Assembly: GCA_963817385.1 (NCBI GenBank)
Contig: CAWFOM010000008.1
Location: forward strand, 64,001-128,000
DNA from: an uncultured delta proteobacterium
GTDB lineage: Bacteria; Desulfobacterota; Syntrophia; Syntrophales; UBA5619
Reading direction: 5' to 3'
DNA: 64,000 nucleotides
Shown: positions 52,931 through 62,405 of the stretch, one piece after another
How the letters are laid out: each line of letters starts with the position of its first letter
How positions within the stretch are numbered: the stretch's first letter is position 1
Made by a program: the position numbers and the translations under genes
Notes under the pieces: model-generated
What the model saw: only the letters and a program-made list of their open reading frames with translations
Database searches by the model: none
What the model was told of the DNA's origin: nothing

Positions 52931-53515
52931 TTACTCCGACGATTTGTGATTGCCATTGACCCACCAGTCACTCTTATCCTTGAACCACCAGTTGGAGGAG
53001 TCCGTATCGAGAATGCTCTCCGCCAGTTTCCGGGCATTTTCCGTAGCGAGACGCCGGACGGCGAAGCGGATCCATTCCCGGCTGTACTTATTTCCCAGAT
53101 CTCCGCACTCCTTCAACTGAAGGATCAGGGATAGCTGATCGGCGTCATGGGCGATCATGGATTCCCTTGTCCCTCTTCCGTTGAACTCTTCGAGGGTCGC
53201 TTTGATCTCGCCTCCGAAGAATAGCGGATCCGCAAGATCCCTGACCGCCTTTTTCTCATCTACCGCAACATACTTTTTGTTCATGTAATTCATGTCGCCC
53301 GTGCGGGCCTCGGGCAGATCATGGACCAGGCAAAGCCGAAGGACCTTGAGTTCGTCTGCCGTCGGGTCCATCTTGCACAGGACATATCCGATGTAAAGCG
53401 TCTGCAGGACATGTTCAGCCACCGATTCGCAGCCGGAACCGAGAAACTGGAAACCGCTCCGCGGGGTTTTCCTCAACATCCCCGCCTCGAATAAAAAATC
53501 CGCGATATCGTGCAT
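52931..53515 (-). CDS. HD-domain hydrolase (YfbR-like)
   Basis: LRKTPRSG, ESVAEH, HDLPEARTGD, HDAD. Confidence 0.9.
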   Translation of the reverse strand: MHDIADFLFEAGMLRKTPRSGFQFLGSGCESVAEHVLQTLYIGYVLCKMDPTADELKVLRLCLVHDLPEARTGDMNYMNKKYVAVDEKKAVRDLADPLFFGGEIKATLEEFNGRGTRESMIAHDADQLSLILQLKECGDLGNKYSREWIRFAVRRLATENARKLAESILDTDSSNWWFKDKSDWWVNGNHKSSE

Positions 53516-53562
53516 CGTGTCAATTACCCATTATCAGTGAATATCCGTTCCTTGTTCAGTGA

Positions 53563-53784
53563 TCATTGATTTCTTTTCAGAATACGGATCCGGTTGGCCA
53601 TCATCTCGGAGATTTTTCTCACCTGCATCTGCAGTGCAGCGATCCCTTCCGGTTTCATCAGCGCCACCCGGTCTACCTGTTCCTTCCAGTATTCCAGGAG
53701 CGTAATCTCCTCTTCCTTCAGCTTGCGATCGAACCGCGTCTGGATCTCCTTCAACAGCGCCGCCTGCTGATCCTTCTCCGTCAT
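53563..53784 (-). CDS. Hypothetical 73-aa helical protein
   Basis: AAGGAG SD; amphipathic helical sequence; first gene of the HD/TPR operon. Confidence 0.65.
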   Translation of the reverse strand: MTEKDQQAALLKEIQTRFDRKLKEEEITLLEYWKEQVDRVALMKPEGIAALQMQVRKISEMMANRIRILKRNQ

Positions 53785-53982
53785 GCCTTCTCCTTAAACC
53801 ACCCGCCGTCAATCGTCCTGATTCAAGAATTTTTTCTCTATATATCACGGAACACCGATTGTGCAACCATGAAAATGCCATCTTTCCCCAATAATCAGGA
53901 TCATTCCCTGCTGGACATTTTCGGGAGATTGTCGTATGAGCACACAAGAATATCTATCCTGATCCTTCGAGGAGGGAACGGT

Positions 53983-55173
53983 ATGTCGCTGGATTTCGAA
54001 TTTACATCCGAACAGGAGATGATCGAAGAAGTCGTCTGGCGGTGGGCTTCATCCTGGCTGGAGCCCCAGATGGAAGAGCTTTACGAAAAGGATCAGATGC
54101 CCCCGGACCTCTTTAAGGAGCTGGGGAAAATCGGCGTCAACGGCATCGTATTTGAGGAGGAATACGGCGGTGCAGGCCTCGGGTATGTGGAGACCCTCCT
54201 CGTCTACGAAACCATCGGACGGGTGAGTAACGCCCTGGCAATGACCGTGGGCGCCAGCCAGACCCTCTGCTTTGACAACTTCCGCCGGAACGCTTCGGAG
54301 GAACAGAAGCTGGCGATCCTCCCACGCGCCTGCAGCGGGGAATATATCGGCTGCCTGGGGATCACCGAGCCCAACGCCGGCTCCGATGCGATGGGGATGA
54401 CGACACGGGCCGTGAAGACGGGAGACCGGTATGTGATAAACGGAAGCAAGACGTTCATCACCAACGGGACTCTTGCCGACGTCATGCTCTTCTACGCTAA
54501 AACCGACCGGGCCCGCGGGGCGCACGGGATCTCCGCTTTCTACTTCCTGACCGACGGGGTCAACGGTCTCCACCGGGAGAAGATCGCGAAATGGGGTATG
54601 CGATCCTCCCCAACCGCCCTGATCACCTTCGATGATATGGAACTTCCGGAAGAAAACCTTATCGGCGGCCTCAACAAGGGCGGGGCGATCCTGACCAACG
54701 GCCTTTGCACCGAGAGGATCACCCTGAGCGGCTGCTGCCTCGGCTCGCAACGGGCCTGTCTGGAGCTGAGCCTCCGTTACGCGCGGGAGAGGGTGCAGTT
54801 CGGAAAACCAATCGCCTCATTCCAGTTCATCCAGGGGAAACTGGCCGACATGTACACGAGCTACATGGCCTCCAAATGGATGGCTTACAGCGCCGCCTCT
54901 TACTGCGACTCACTGGTAAACAAGGTTGGCGGGAAGGGAACCGATCTCGATCGCAAGGCTGCCGCCGCCCTTCTCTTCTGCGGGGAGATGGGAACGAAGG
55001 TGGCCGCGGACGCCATCCAGATCCATGGCGGTTACGGCTATTGCCCGGAATATGCGGTTTCCCGGCATTACCTGGATCAGAAGCTCTGGGATATCGGCGC
55101 CGGCACCGCGGAGGTCCGCAGGATGATCATCGCCCGCGAGCTCCTGCGGGACAACTTCCAGAGCGGCCGCTGA
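53983..55173 (+). CDS. Acyl-CoA dehydrogenase (isovaleryl-CoA dehydrogenase-like)
   Basis: TEPNAGSD, NGSKTFITNG, RVQFGKPI, IQIHGGYGY, IGAGTAEVRR; GGAGG SD before ATG 53983. Confidence 0.92.
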   Translation: MSLDFEFTSEQEMIEEVVWRWASSWLEPQMEELYEKDQMPPDLFKELGKIGVNGIVFEEEYGGAGLGYVETLLVYETIGRVSNALAMTVGASQTLCFDNFRRNASEEQKLAILPRACSGEYIGCLGITEPNAGSDAMGMTTRAVKTGDRYVINGSKTFITNGTLADVMLFYAKTDRARGAHGISAFYFLTDGVNGLHREKIAKWGMRSSPTALITFDDMELPEENLIGGLNKGGAILTNGLCTERITLSGCCLGSQRACLELSLRYARERVQFGKPIASFQFIQGKLADMYTSYMASKWMAYSAASYCDSLVNKVGGKGTDLDRKAAAALLFCGEMGTKVAADAIQIHGGYGYCPEYAVSRHYLDQKLWDIGAGTAEVRRMIIARELLRDNFQSGR

Positions 55174-55321
55174 GCGGAGTGAAGAGAATGCATCATGCGC
55201 CCGACCTTCCATTGACCTTTACCGATAACTCCGTCATGCTGGCGGACATCGGATCGATCGTCTGCCGGGCTTCCCCCGGTCCCGGAAGGCGGTCAACCGG
55301 AGAAAGCCCTGCAGAAGAGGA

Positions 55322-57178
55322 ATGACTATGACCGGAACTGCAACACGCAAATTCCCCCTTCCCGGCGGGGATAACGGACTTCAGCGAAAACAGGCGCCTG
55401 TCTGGTTGGGAAGCCCCGCCCTGCGTCCGGGAAATGTCAATCCTTCGCCGACAGCACCCGACCACCGGGAAGGGGACGACGGACGGCATATCCGGAAGCA
55501 CTCAGCAACGACACGATGGAGGATCACAATGATCGTTCTCGCCCTCCTTCTCTCGCCGGCCCTGTTTCCCCAGACTGTTTCAGCCCGGGAAGACAGCGCC
55601 AGCCTCCTGTTGCAGAAGAGCGCCGGTCACCGCAAAACGCGCCTCTATGTGGTTAAAAAAGGGGATTTCCTCAGCGACATTTTCCGGCGCCAGTTGGGGG
55701 ATGAACCGGTCCCCACCGACCTGATCCGTCAACTGAACCCGGGAATCAGGAATCTCAACAGGATCTACCCCGGGCAGAGGCTGGTGCTCCCAATCCGAGG
55801 AATAACTGAACTCCCCGAATCCGCAAATGCCCTCAGCAACGAAAATGCATTACCGACAAGGGCCTACCTCATCCAAGAGGACGATTCCATCAGCCGGATC
55901 ATCCTGGCCGAACTCAACGCCGGCACGGAGCAAGTCCTGCCCACGTACCGTCTCCTGCGCCGGTTGAATCCCGATATCGCAAACCTGAACGACCTTCCAC
56001 CGGGCCAGATCCTCAAGTTGCCCTCGAATTCGTCCCGTTCGGAGAATGCGGTGGCGCCCCTGCAAGCCGCCGCCCCCCCGGAGGAGAAACCGCAGATTGA
56101 CTTGACCGCGTCGATGAAGTCGCCGCCGACCGCCGAGGGGTTCCTGGGACTGATCCGGCCGGTCATCAGCCGCATGAAGGGGGCAATCACAGCAGCGGGG
56201 AATTACTATATTCCCCTCAAGGATACCGCTCAGGTGACGATCGACTGTTCCCTGATCCCGGTCGTCGAACTGGATGACGGATCGACGGTTCTACTCGATT
56301 TCGGGAATCGCCTTTCGGAGAACCTCAAAAGGCTGATCACTCAATCCTGGCCGAACTACGCCTTTCTTTCCGCGGAAGAACTGCGCGACGATCTCATGTC
56401 TCTGCAGGGAATCATCCGCCGTTCCCGGAACTATACGATCGCTTATGCCGACAGGCCCCTGGCCTTGTCATCGAAGCCGGAGATCCTGGCATTCCCCGAC
56501 TGGGTGATCGCCGGCAAAAAGGCCGTGGGCGGGACGCTCTATCGCCAGGGGTTATTCCTCCTCGGGGAGAGCGAACGGCCCTTTCCCGCCGAGGCCCTGG
56601 TCTTCCTGGAGAAAAACGGCTTGATCGTGACGGAGATCACCGCCGGCAATGCCGTCACACCCCCGACGCCTCCCTCGACGACGCCGATTCTCGACCTGAG
56701 GGAACTCAAGGGCATTGCGTTCACGGAGCAACTCCTCAAGATCCTCGGAGAGACGCCGGTCAAGAACGCCGAGATCGTCATCTCCGACCAGGCGCGCGAC
56801 GGTTTTAATCTCTCCATAACGGCCGATCTTCTCCTCAAGAAGGGAGAGAAGCGCATCCTTATCCAGACGAAAAGGCTGTCGGATGAGTTCATCCGTATCC
56901 TGAAAGATGAGGGAACGGAGGTATTCATGATAAGGGAAAATGGCTCGGGAAGATCCCTGATCGAGGAGCTGCTTGGGCGCCTCAACATCCCTATCTCATT
57001 CGGCCATTTCTCCGTCCGGATTCCGGAAGAGGGCTCTCGTCCCCGGCTCATATGCACCCTCCCCGCCCTCCGGGCGATGGTCGGCGATGAACCGCTTTAT
57101 CTGATCGACTTCGACATCTCATTAGACGCTCTGTCTTTGCTCCAGGGCCGCTTGAGGGGACGGATCGCCAAATACTGA
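55322..57178 (+). CDS. Exported protein with two LysM domains and an unknown C-terminal region (start may be 55529)
   Basis: Signal-like MIVLALLLSPALFPQTVSA; YVVKKGDFLSDI...LNPGIRNLNRIYPGQRL; second LysM LNPDIANLNDLPPGQIL. Confidence 0.75.
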   Translation: MTMTGTATRKFPLPGGDNGLQRKQAPVWLGSPALRPGNVNPSPTAPDHREGDDGRHIRKHSATTRWRITMIVLALLLSPALFPQTVSAREDSASLLLQKSAGHRKTRLYVVKKGDFLSDIFRRQLGDEPVPTDLIRQLNPGIRNLNRIYPGQRLVLPIRGITELPESANALSNENALPTRAYLIQEDDSISRIILAELNAGTEQVLPTYRLLRRLNPDIANLNDLPPGQILKLPSNSSRSENAVAPLQAAAPPEEKPQIDLTASMKSPPTAEGFLGLIRPVISRMKGAITAAGNYYIPLKDTAQVTIDCSLIPVVELDDGSTVLLDFGNRLSENLKRLITQSWPNYAFLSAEELRDDLMSLQGIIRRSRNYTIAYADRPLALSSKPEILAFPDWVIAGKKAVGGTLYRQGLFLLGESERPFPAEALVFLEKNGLIVTEITAGNAVTPPTPPSTTPILDLRELKGIAFTEQLLKILGETPVKNAEIVISDQARDGFNLSITADLLLKKGEKRILIQTKRLSDEFIRILKDEGTEVFMIRENGSGRSLIEELLGRLNIPISFGHFSVRIPEEGSRPRLICTLPALRAMVGDEPLYLIDFDISLDALSLLQGRLRGRIAKY

Positions 57179-57243
57179 CGGCGGCGGCGCCGGCTTTTCA
57201 CGAGGACATTCCCTATTGAGGATCCCGGAACATCGGAGCTGCT

Positions 57244-58788
57244 TCATGAGGGGAGGTGCTCAGGCCTAAGGAGATCCGAAACCGTCTTCACGGGATTGAA
57301 GGTCGCCAGCGGCACCTCCATGAAGAGGGTATTCCAGAGGGCCATCGAACCGTTCCAGAGGCCGGGGCGTTCCAGTGCGAGGAGTTCCTTCCCCTTCTCC
57401 GACTTACGCGAGATGATCGAGAGCGCCGGATCGACGAACCGGGTGAGCGCGAATTTCCGTCCGCGGAAGTCGTAGACGCCGCAGACGAGATCGACGGGAT
57501 TGAAATGGGTGGCGGACCGCCAGATCGCCTGCTGACGGTCATCGTTTCGGTCAATCTGCGACTCCTCGATGATCTGGAGAGACTGCAGGTCCGTCCCGTC
57601 CGGATCATCGACCCAGAACGGCCCCCCTCCCGGCTCACCCTCGTTTTTTACCATCCCGCACACCCTGACCGGCCGGTCGAGTTTCCGGAAAAGAAACGCC
57701 CCCCGCTCCGTCGGGGATCGCCGCTCGAAATCCGGCGGGAGGACGAGATGGATCTTCTCCCGGCAGAACCGGGTGATCTCCCCGAGCGCCGCTTCCCCAA
57801 CGTCACCCGCCTCCAGAAGGCTAAGCCGGCTGAACAACCCCTGCTGGAGCGAGATCAGGTATCCGGCCATAATCTTCTTCCAGCGGACCGTTGCCGCTTT
57901 CAGGCGGTCGGGAGCGATATTGTCGATGTTCTTCAGGAAAATGATCTCCGCCGTCAGTGCATCCAGGTTCGTCAGGAGCGCGCCGTGGCCGCCCGGGCGG
58001 AAGATCAGCCCCCCCTTTTCATCCCGAAAAGGGCGGTGCTCTGAGTCGACGGCAAGAGTATTCGTCGCCGCCGCCTGCGTGGATAGGCCGATTTCGTATG
58101 TGGTCTCGTAATCCGATTCATAGCGGGGAATCACCTGCGACAGGCGCTCCCGGACGAAATTTTCGTGTTCGCCGGAAACGGTGAAATGGATACGGGAGCA
58201 TCCCTGCGAATCCCGGGCATAGAGGGCGGCCTCGACGAGGTGTTCTTCCAGGGCGGTCCGGCACCCCTCGCTACAGGCATGGAATTTCAAAAGCGCCTTC
58301 GGAAGCCGTCCATAATTCAGCCCACCCTCCGTCAGAATGAACTTCAGAATGGCCTCCACCGCCTGCTTTCCGATCAGATCATCAAGATTGCCGCCTCTGG
58401 CGGCGACGGCGGTCTTGAGATCCGTAAAGAATGCGTACCGCTGCAGGTTCCGGATAAAGGCCTCCTGTTCGGCCGGCGAGGTAAATCCGCCCTCCCGGAG
58501 ACCTTGATGCCACTCCTTGAACATCCGGCTTGCCGCGCCAGAGGCGGGGACAAATTTCATGAACCGCTTGGTCCGGAGGGCGCCGTCATACACCGCAAGG
58601 AACTCCTCCTCTTCCGCCGGGGAGAGAGAGACGATCCCATCTCGCACACAGCAGGGCCGGTTCAGGCGCACCGGCGAGACACCGCGCCGGAAGAGCGCCA
58701 GTTGCCTGTTCACCTCCTCGAGAGTCAACCCTTCTTCGGCGATCCGCTCCCGGTCCTTCGCAGAGAATGAGCCTCCGCTCTCCTTCAC
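57244..58788 (-). CDS. DUF4301-family protein (nucleotidyltransferase-like fold)
   Basis: KFVPASGAASRMFK, FRPGGHGALL, KNIDN, GEPGGGPFW, THFNPVD, FNPVKTV. Confidence 0.88.
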   Translation of the reverse strand: MKESGGSFSAKDRERIAEEGLTLEEVNRQLALFRRGVSPVRLNRPCCVRDGIVSLSPAEEEEFLAVYDGALRTKRFMKFVPASGAASRMFKEWHQGLREGGFTSPAEQEAFIRNLQRYAFFTDLKTAVAARGGNLDDLIGKQAVEAILKFILTEGGLNYGRLPKALLKFHACSEGCRTALEEHLVEAALYARDSQGCSRIHFTVSGEHENFVRERLSQVIPRYESDYETTYEIGLSTQAAATNTLAVDSEHRPFRDEKGGLIFRPGGHGALLTNLDALTAEIIFLKNIDNIAPDRLKAATVRWKKIMAGYLISLQQGLFSRLSLLEAGDVGEAALGEITRFCREKIHLVLPPDFERRSPTERGAFLFRKLDRPVRVCGMVKNEGEPGGGPFWVDDPDGTDLQSLQIIEESQIDRNDDRQQAIWRSATHFNPVDLVCGVYDFRGRKFALTRFVDPALSIISRKSEKGKELLALERPGLWNGSMALWNTLFMEVPLATFNPVKTVSDLLRPEHLPS

Positions 58789-58901
58789 CTCTTGGGCTCC
58801 TTCCTCATGCGTTTGAACTTCTCCGGCGGGGGGAGCTTCTTCTTTTCGCGAAGCACCCGGGAGATGTCCTTCTGTCTGCGCGTCACCTGTCCCTTCGCCA
58901 T
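58785..58901 (-). CDS. Unannotated 38-aa basic small protein
   Basis: MAKGQVTRRQKDISRVLREKKKLPPPEKFKRMRKEPKR; GAGGA SD; GTGA stop/start overlap with the DUF4301 gene. Confidence 0.5.
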   Translation of the reverse strand: MAKGQVTRRQKDISRVLREKKKLPPPEKFKRMRKEPKR

Positions 58902-58962
58902 CACCCGGTATCCTCGCACGCGGTTTTACCGGTGCTTGAGCAGGGCGTTTTTCAACACCCCG

Positions 58963-59253
58963 TTAAACACTCTCCTCCATCGGCAGGAGGTAACCCCGGA
59001 CGCCGGCGCGGGGATGTTCTTCCTTGAGCCGGTGCACCCTGTCGGCAATCCGGGGAATCTCTTCATCGGGCAGGACCATAAAGAGGATATTGTTCCGCCC
59101 CGGCCAACAGTGCGTACCAAGCTTGGGCTCGGTCTCCGTCCCCTCCCCCTGGGCCTCCACCATCTTGGTATACCCGTGGATGCCCGCCTCCTTCAGTGCG
59201 GCGATGACGGCTTCATCCGCCGCCTCGCAATAGACGATCAGAAACATCTTCAT
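58963..59253 (-). CDS. PII-like transporter-associated protein (PG0541-like)
   Basis: GIHGYTK...GEG...EPKLGTHCWPGRN; 4-nt overlap with the RND gene. Confidence 0.75.
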   Translation of the reverse strand: MKMFLIVYCEAADEAVIAALKEAGIHGYTKMVEAQGEGTETEPKLGTHCWPGRNNILFMVLPDEEIPRIADRVHRLKEEHPRAGVRGYLLPMEESV

Positions 59254-62200
59254 GGATTCGATCCTCCTTTTTCATCACGGGGAGCCTCGCCTGCCAGAGA
59301 CTCCGCCTTTCTTTCCGCCTCATCACCCTTTTTCTTCCGTCTGGCGAATAATCCCTGGAAGTCATCGAAGAGATCATAGGCGGCCGGCACGACCACCAAG
59401 GTCAGAAAGAGCGACGTAAGGAGGCCGCCGATGACCGCAATCCCCATGGGGGAACGGGTTTCCGCCCCCTCTCCCATGCCGAAGGCGACCGGCATCATCC
59501 CGAAGACCATCGCAAAGGTCGTCATCAGGATCGGCCTGAGCCGGACCGGACCGGCCTCGAGGATCGCCTCCCTGCGGGAGAGTCCCCGTTCGCGCAGAAC
59601 GTTTGTGTAGTCGACGAGGAGGATCGCATTTTTCTTTACCAGTCCCATCAGGAGAATCAGGCCGATGAAACTGAAGATGCTGATCGTGTTTCCCGTCAGG
59701 AGGAGCGCGCCGAAGGCCCCGATGAACGAGAGCGGCATAGCCAGAAGCACGGTGAAGGGATGGATGAAGCTCTCGAACTGGGCGGCAAGGACCATGTAGG
59801 CCATCATCACCCCGAGGATGATCGCAAACATCAGGTAGCCGAATGATTCCGACATGGTATCGGCCTGCCCCCGGTATTTCGGGAGATAGTCCGGAGGAAG
59901 GATCTTGGCCGCAATGCCGTTAAGGCCCTCCATCGCAGCCCCGAGGGGCACCCCCTCGAGGCTGGCGAAAAGGGTGACCGCCCGCTGCCGATCCTCGCGG
60001 TTGATGACACTCGGCCCTCCCCCCTCCTGGACACGGACAAGATTGCGGAGCTCGACCAATCGCCCGCCGCGCGATCGGACATAGACTCTGCCCAGGTCAT
60101 CGGGATCCTGCCGTTCTTCCGGATTGAGCCGGATCCGCAGGTCATAGCGCTTCCCCCGGGTCTCGTCCTTGTATTTGGTCACCTCGGTCTCGCCGCTCAT
60201 GAGGAGGTTGATCGCCTCGGCGACGGTCGCCACCTCCACCCCGAGGTCGGCGGCCTTGTCCCGGTCGATATAGATCTTGAGTTCCGGTTTTCCGAGTTCG
60301 AGGGATGTGTCGACGTCAACAATCCCCGGCAGTTTTGAAAACTCTGCCGCGATCTGCTTGGTGTACCCCTGAACCGCACTGAGATCCAAACCCCGCACGC
60401 TGTACTGGATCGGCACCTGCCGCTGCCCGCCGCCGATCATGGAGAAGTCCTCCGCAGACACCTTGAGACCGGGAAACTTGCGCAGCTTCTCGCGGATCTC
60501 CTTCTTCAGGTCCATCTGGGACTTCTTCCGCTCGCTCTTCGGGATCAGGCTCGTCATCATGATCGCCCGGTTGATCGAGCCGCCGATTCCCAGTCGGTAT
60601 AAAACCGCCCTGACCTCCGGCATTTTCCTCAGGATCTCCTCCGCCGGCCGGAAGAGTTCGTCGGCTTTTTCCACCGAATAGTCGATGGGCGCCTCCAGAC
60701 GGACGATGAACTGCCCCTGGTCTTCGGGAGGGGTGAACTCCTTCCCCAGGTATTTCGTCATATAGAGGCTGCCGGCGAACAGGAGAAGGGCGCCGACCAG
60801 CGTCACCGCCCGGTGATTCAGGGAAAAGGCCAGAACACGGCGGTAGCCCGCCTCCAGTTTCTTGTAGCCCCGGTCAAACGCATCCGCCAGGCGGCGATGC
60901 GGCTTGACGGCCTGTCCCTCCCGCATGACCACGACGGGCTTCAGGAAGATCGAGGCCAGCATCGGCGTCAGTGTGAAGGATACCAGGAGCGAGACGAGGA
61001 TCGAAAAGACGACCGTCAAGGCGAACTGGAGAAAGAAGCGGCCGATCATCCCTTTCATAAACGCGACGGGGAGGAAGATCGCCACGATGGCAAAGGTGGT
61101 CGCCATGACCGCCAGGCCGATCTCGCTGGTGGCGAAGGTTGCCGCTTCGCGCGGCGCCATCCCCTCCTCGACATGGCGGTAGATGTTCTCGATGACGATG
61201 ATGGCGTCATCGATCAGGAGCCCGACGGAGAGGGTCAGGGCGAGCATCGTCATGTTGTTGAAGGTGAACCCGAAGGCCCTGATCAGGGCGAAGGTGGCGA
61301 TGATCGAGATGGGCAGGGCCACCGCGCTGATGAGCGTCGTGCGGACGTTGCCGAGGAAGATGAAGACGGCGAGGATCGCGAAGAGCGAGCCCAGGATCAG
61401 GTGCTTTTGCACCTCTGCGATGGAGCGCCGGATGAAGACGGACTGGTCGATGGCGATGTTCAGGCTCATCCCCGGCGGGAGGGTCTTGTTGATCTTCTCG
61501 ATCTCCTTCTTGACCGCGTCGACCACGGCCACGGTGTTCGTCCCGGACTGCTTCTGAACGCCCATCGTCACGGCCGGGATGCCGTTGAAGCGGGCGATGT
61601 CGCGCCGCTCCTGCATCCCGTCCTCGGCCTTCCCGACGTCACGGAGGCGGACCGGGGCGCCCTTGTCATAGGCGATGACCAGGTCGTTGAAATCGGGAAC
61701 ATTGAGGAACTCCCCCTTGATCTTGACCGTGTACTCCTTGGAGAGGCTCTCGATCCGCCCCCCCGGCAGCTCGACGTTCTGCTTCTGGAGGGCGCCCATG
61801 ACGTCGTTCGCGGAAATCCCGTAGGCCTGGAGCTTGCCGGAGTCAAGCCAGACGCGGACTTGCCTGAGCTGCAAACCGAATATCTGGATGTCGCCGACAC
61901 CGTTAATCCGCTGGAGCTTCTCCCTGAGGACCTCGTCGACGTAGGTGGAAAGATCCCGGACGGATTTCTGCCCCGACAGATTCAGCCACATGACCGCCGT
62001 CGCATCGGGGTCCACCTTGGCGATCCGGGGTTCCTCGATGTCAAGGGGCAGCTTGTTCCGGATCAGGGCGACCTTCTCCCGGACGTCCTGGACGGCCAGA
62101 TCGATGTCCCGCTCGAGGACGAACTCGATGGTGACCCGGGAATCCCCCTCGGTGCTGCTCGAGGTGATCGTCTTTACGCCGTTGATCGTGTTGACCGACC

Positions 62201-62405
62201 CTTCGATCTTGTCGGTGACGTCGATGTCGATCACCTCGGGGCTCGCCCCATACAGGTGCGTGGTGACCGTGACGATGGGGAAATCCACCTTGGGTAAGAG
62301 ATCGACGCCAATCTCCGGATAACTTACCACACCGAGGACCACCAGGGCCATGATGGCCATGGTGGCAAAAACCGGCCTTTTGACCGAGGTATCAGCGAGC
62401 CACAT
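59250..62405 (-). CDS. RND efflux permease (AcrB/MdtB-like)
   Basis: KRPVFA, GLLIDDAIIVIENI, QFESFIHP, KNAILLVD, RLRPILMT. Confidence 0.96.
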   Translation of the reverse strand: MWLADTSVKRPVFATMAIMALVVLGVVSYPEIGVDLLPKVDFPIVTVTTHLYGASPEVIDIDVTDKIEGSVNTINGVKTITSSSTEGDSRVTIEFVLERDIDLAVQDVREKVALIRNKLPLDIEEPRIAKVDPDATAVMWLNLSGQKSVRDLSTYVDEVLREKLQRINGVGDIQIFGLQLRQVRVWLDSGKLQAYGISANDVMGALQKQNVELPGGRIESLSKEYTVKIKGEFLNVPDFNDLVIAYDKGAPVRLRDVGKAEDGMQERRDIARFNGIPAVTMGVQKQSGTNTVAVVDAVKKEIEKINKTLPPGMSLNIAIDQSVFIRRSIAEVQKHLILGSLFAILAVFIFLGNVRTTLISAVALPISIIATFALIRAFGFTFNNMTMLALTLSVGLLIDDAIIVIENIYRHVEEGMAPREAATFATSEIGLAVMATTFAIVAIFLPVAFMKGMIGRFFLQFALTVVFSILVSLLVSFTLTPMLASIFLKPVVVMREGQAVKPHRRLADAFDRGYKKLEAGYRRVLAFSLNHRAVTLVGALLLFAGSLYMTKYLGKEFTPPEDQGQFIVRLEAPIDYSVEKADELFRPAEEILRKMPEVRAVLYRLGIGGSINRAIMMTSLIPKSERKKSQMDLKKEIREKLRKFPGLKVSAEDFSMIGGGQRQVPIQYSVRGLDLSAVQGYTKQIAAEFSKLPGIVDVDTSLELGKPELKIYIDRDKAADLGVEVATVAEAINLLMSGETEVTKYKDETRGKRYDLRIRLNPEERQDPDDLGRVYVRSRGGRLVELRNLVRVQEGGGPSVINREDRQRAVTLFASLEGVPLGAAMEGLNGIAAKILPPDYLPKYRGQADTMSESFGYLMFAIILGVMMAYMVLAAQFESFIHPFTVLLAMPLSFIGAFGALLLTGNTISIFSFIGLILLMGLVKKNAILLVDYTNVLRERGLSRREAILEAGPVRLRPILMTTFAMVFGMMPVAFGMGEGAETRSPMGIAVIGGLLTSLFLTLVVVPAAYDLFDDFQGLFARRKKKGDEAERKAESLAGEAPRDEKGGSNP

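Noticed and set aside
53852..53870. TGGCATTTTCATGGTTGCA (minus strand) as a sigma54 promoter
   Set aside because: GG-to-GC spacing is 3 nt too long.
55261..55315. Hairpin containing CCGGAAGG as SRP RNA
   Set aside because: Lacks the CAGG/AGCAG internal-loop motifs of SRP helix 8 and is too short.
58942..58962. GTTTTTCAACACCCC resembling an IS terminal repeat
   Set aside because: No partner repeat, target duplication or transposase found.
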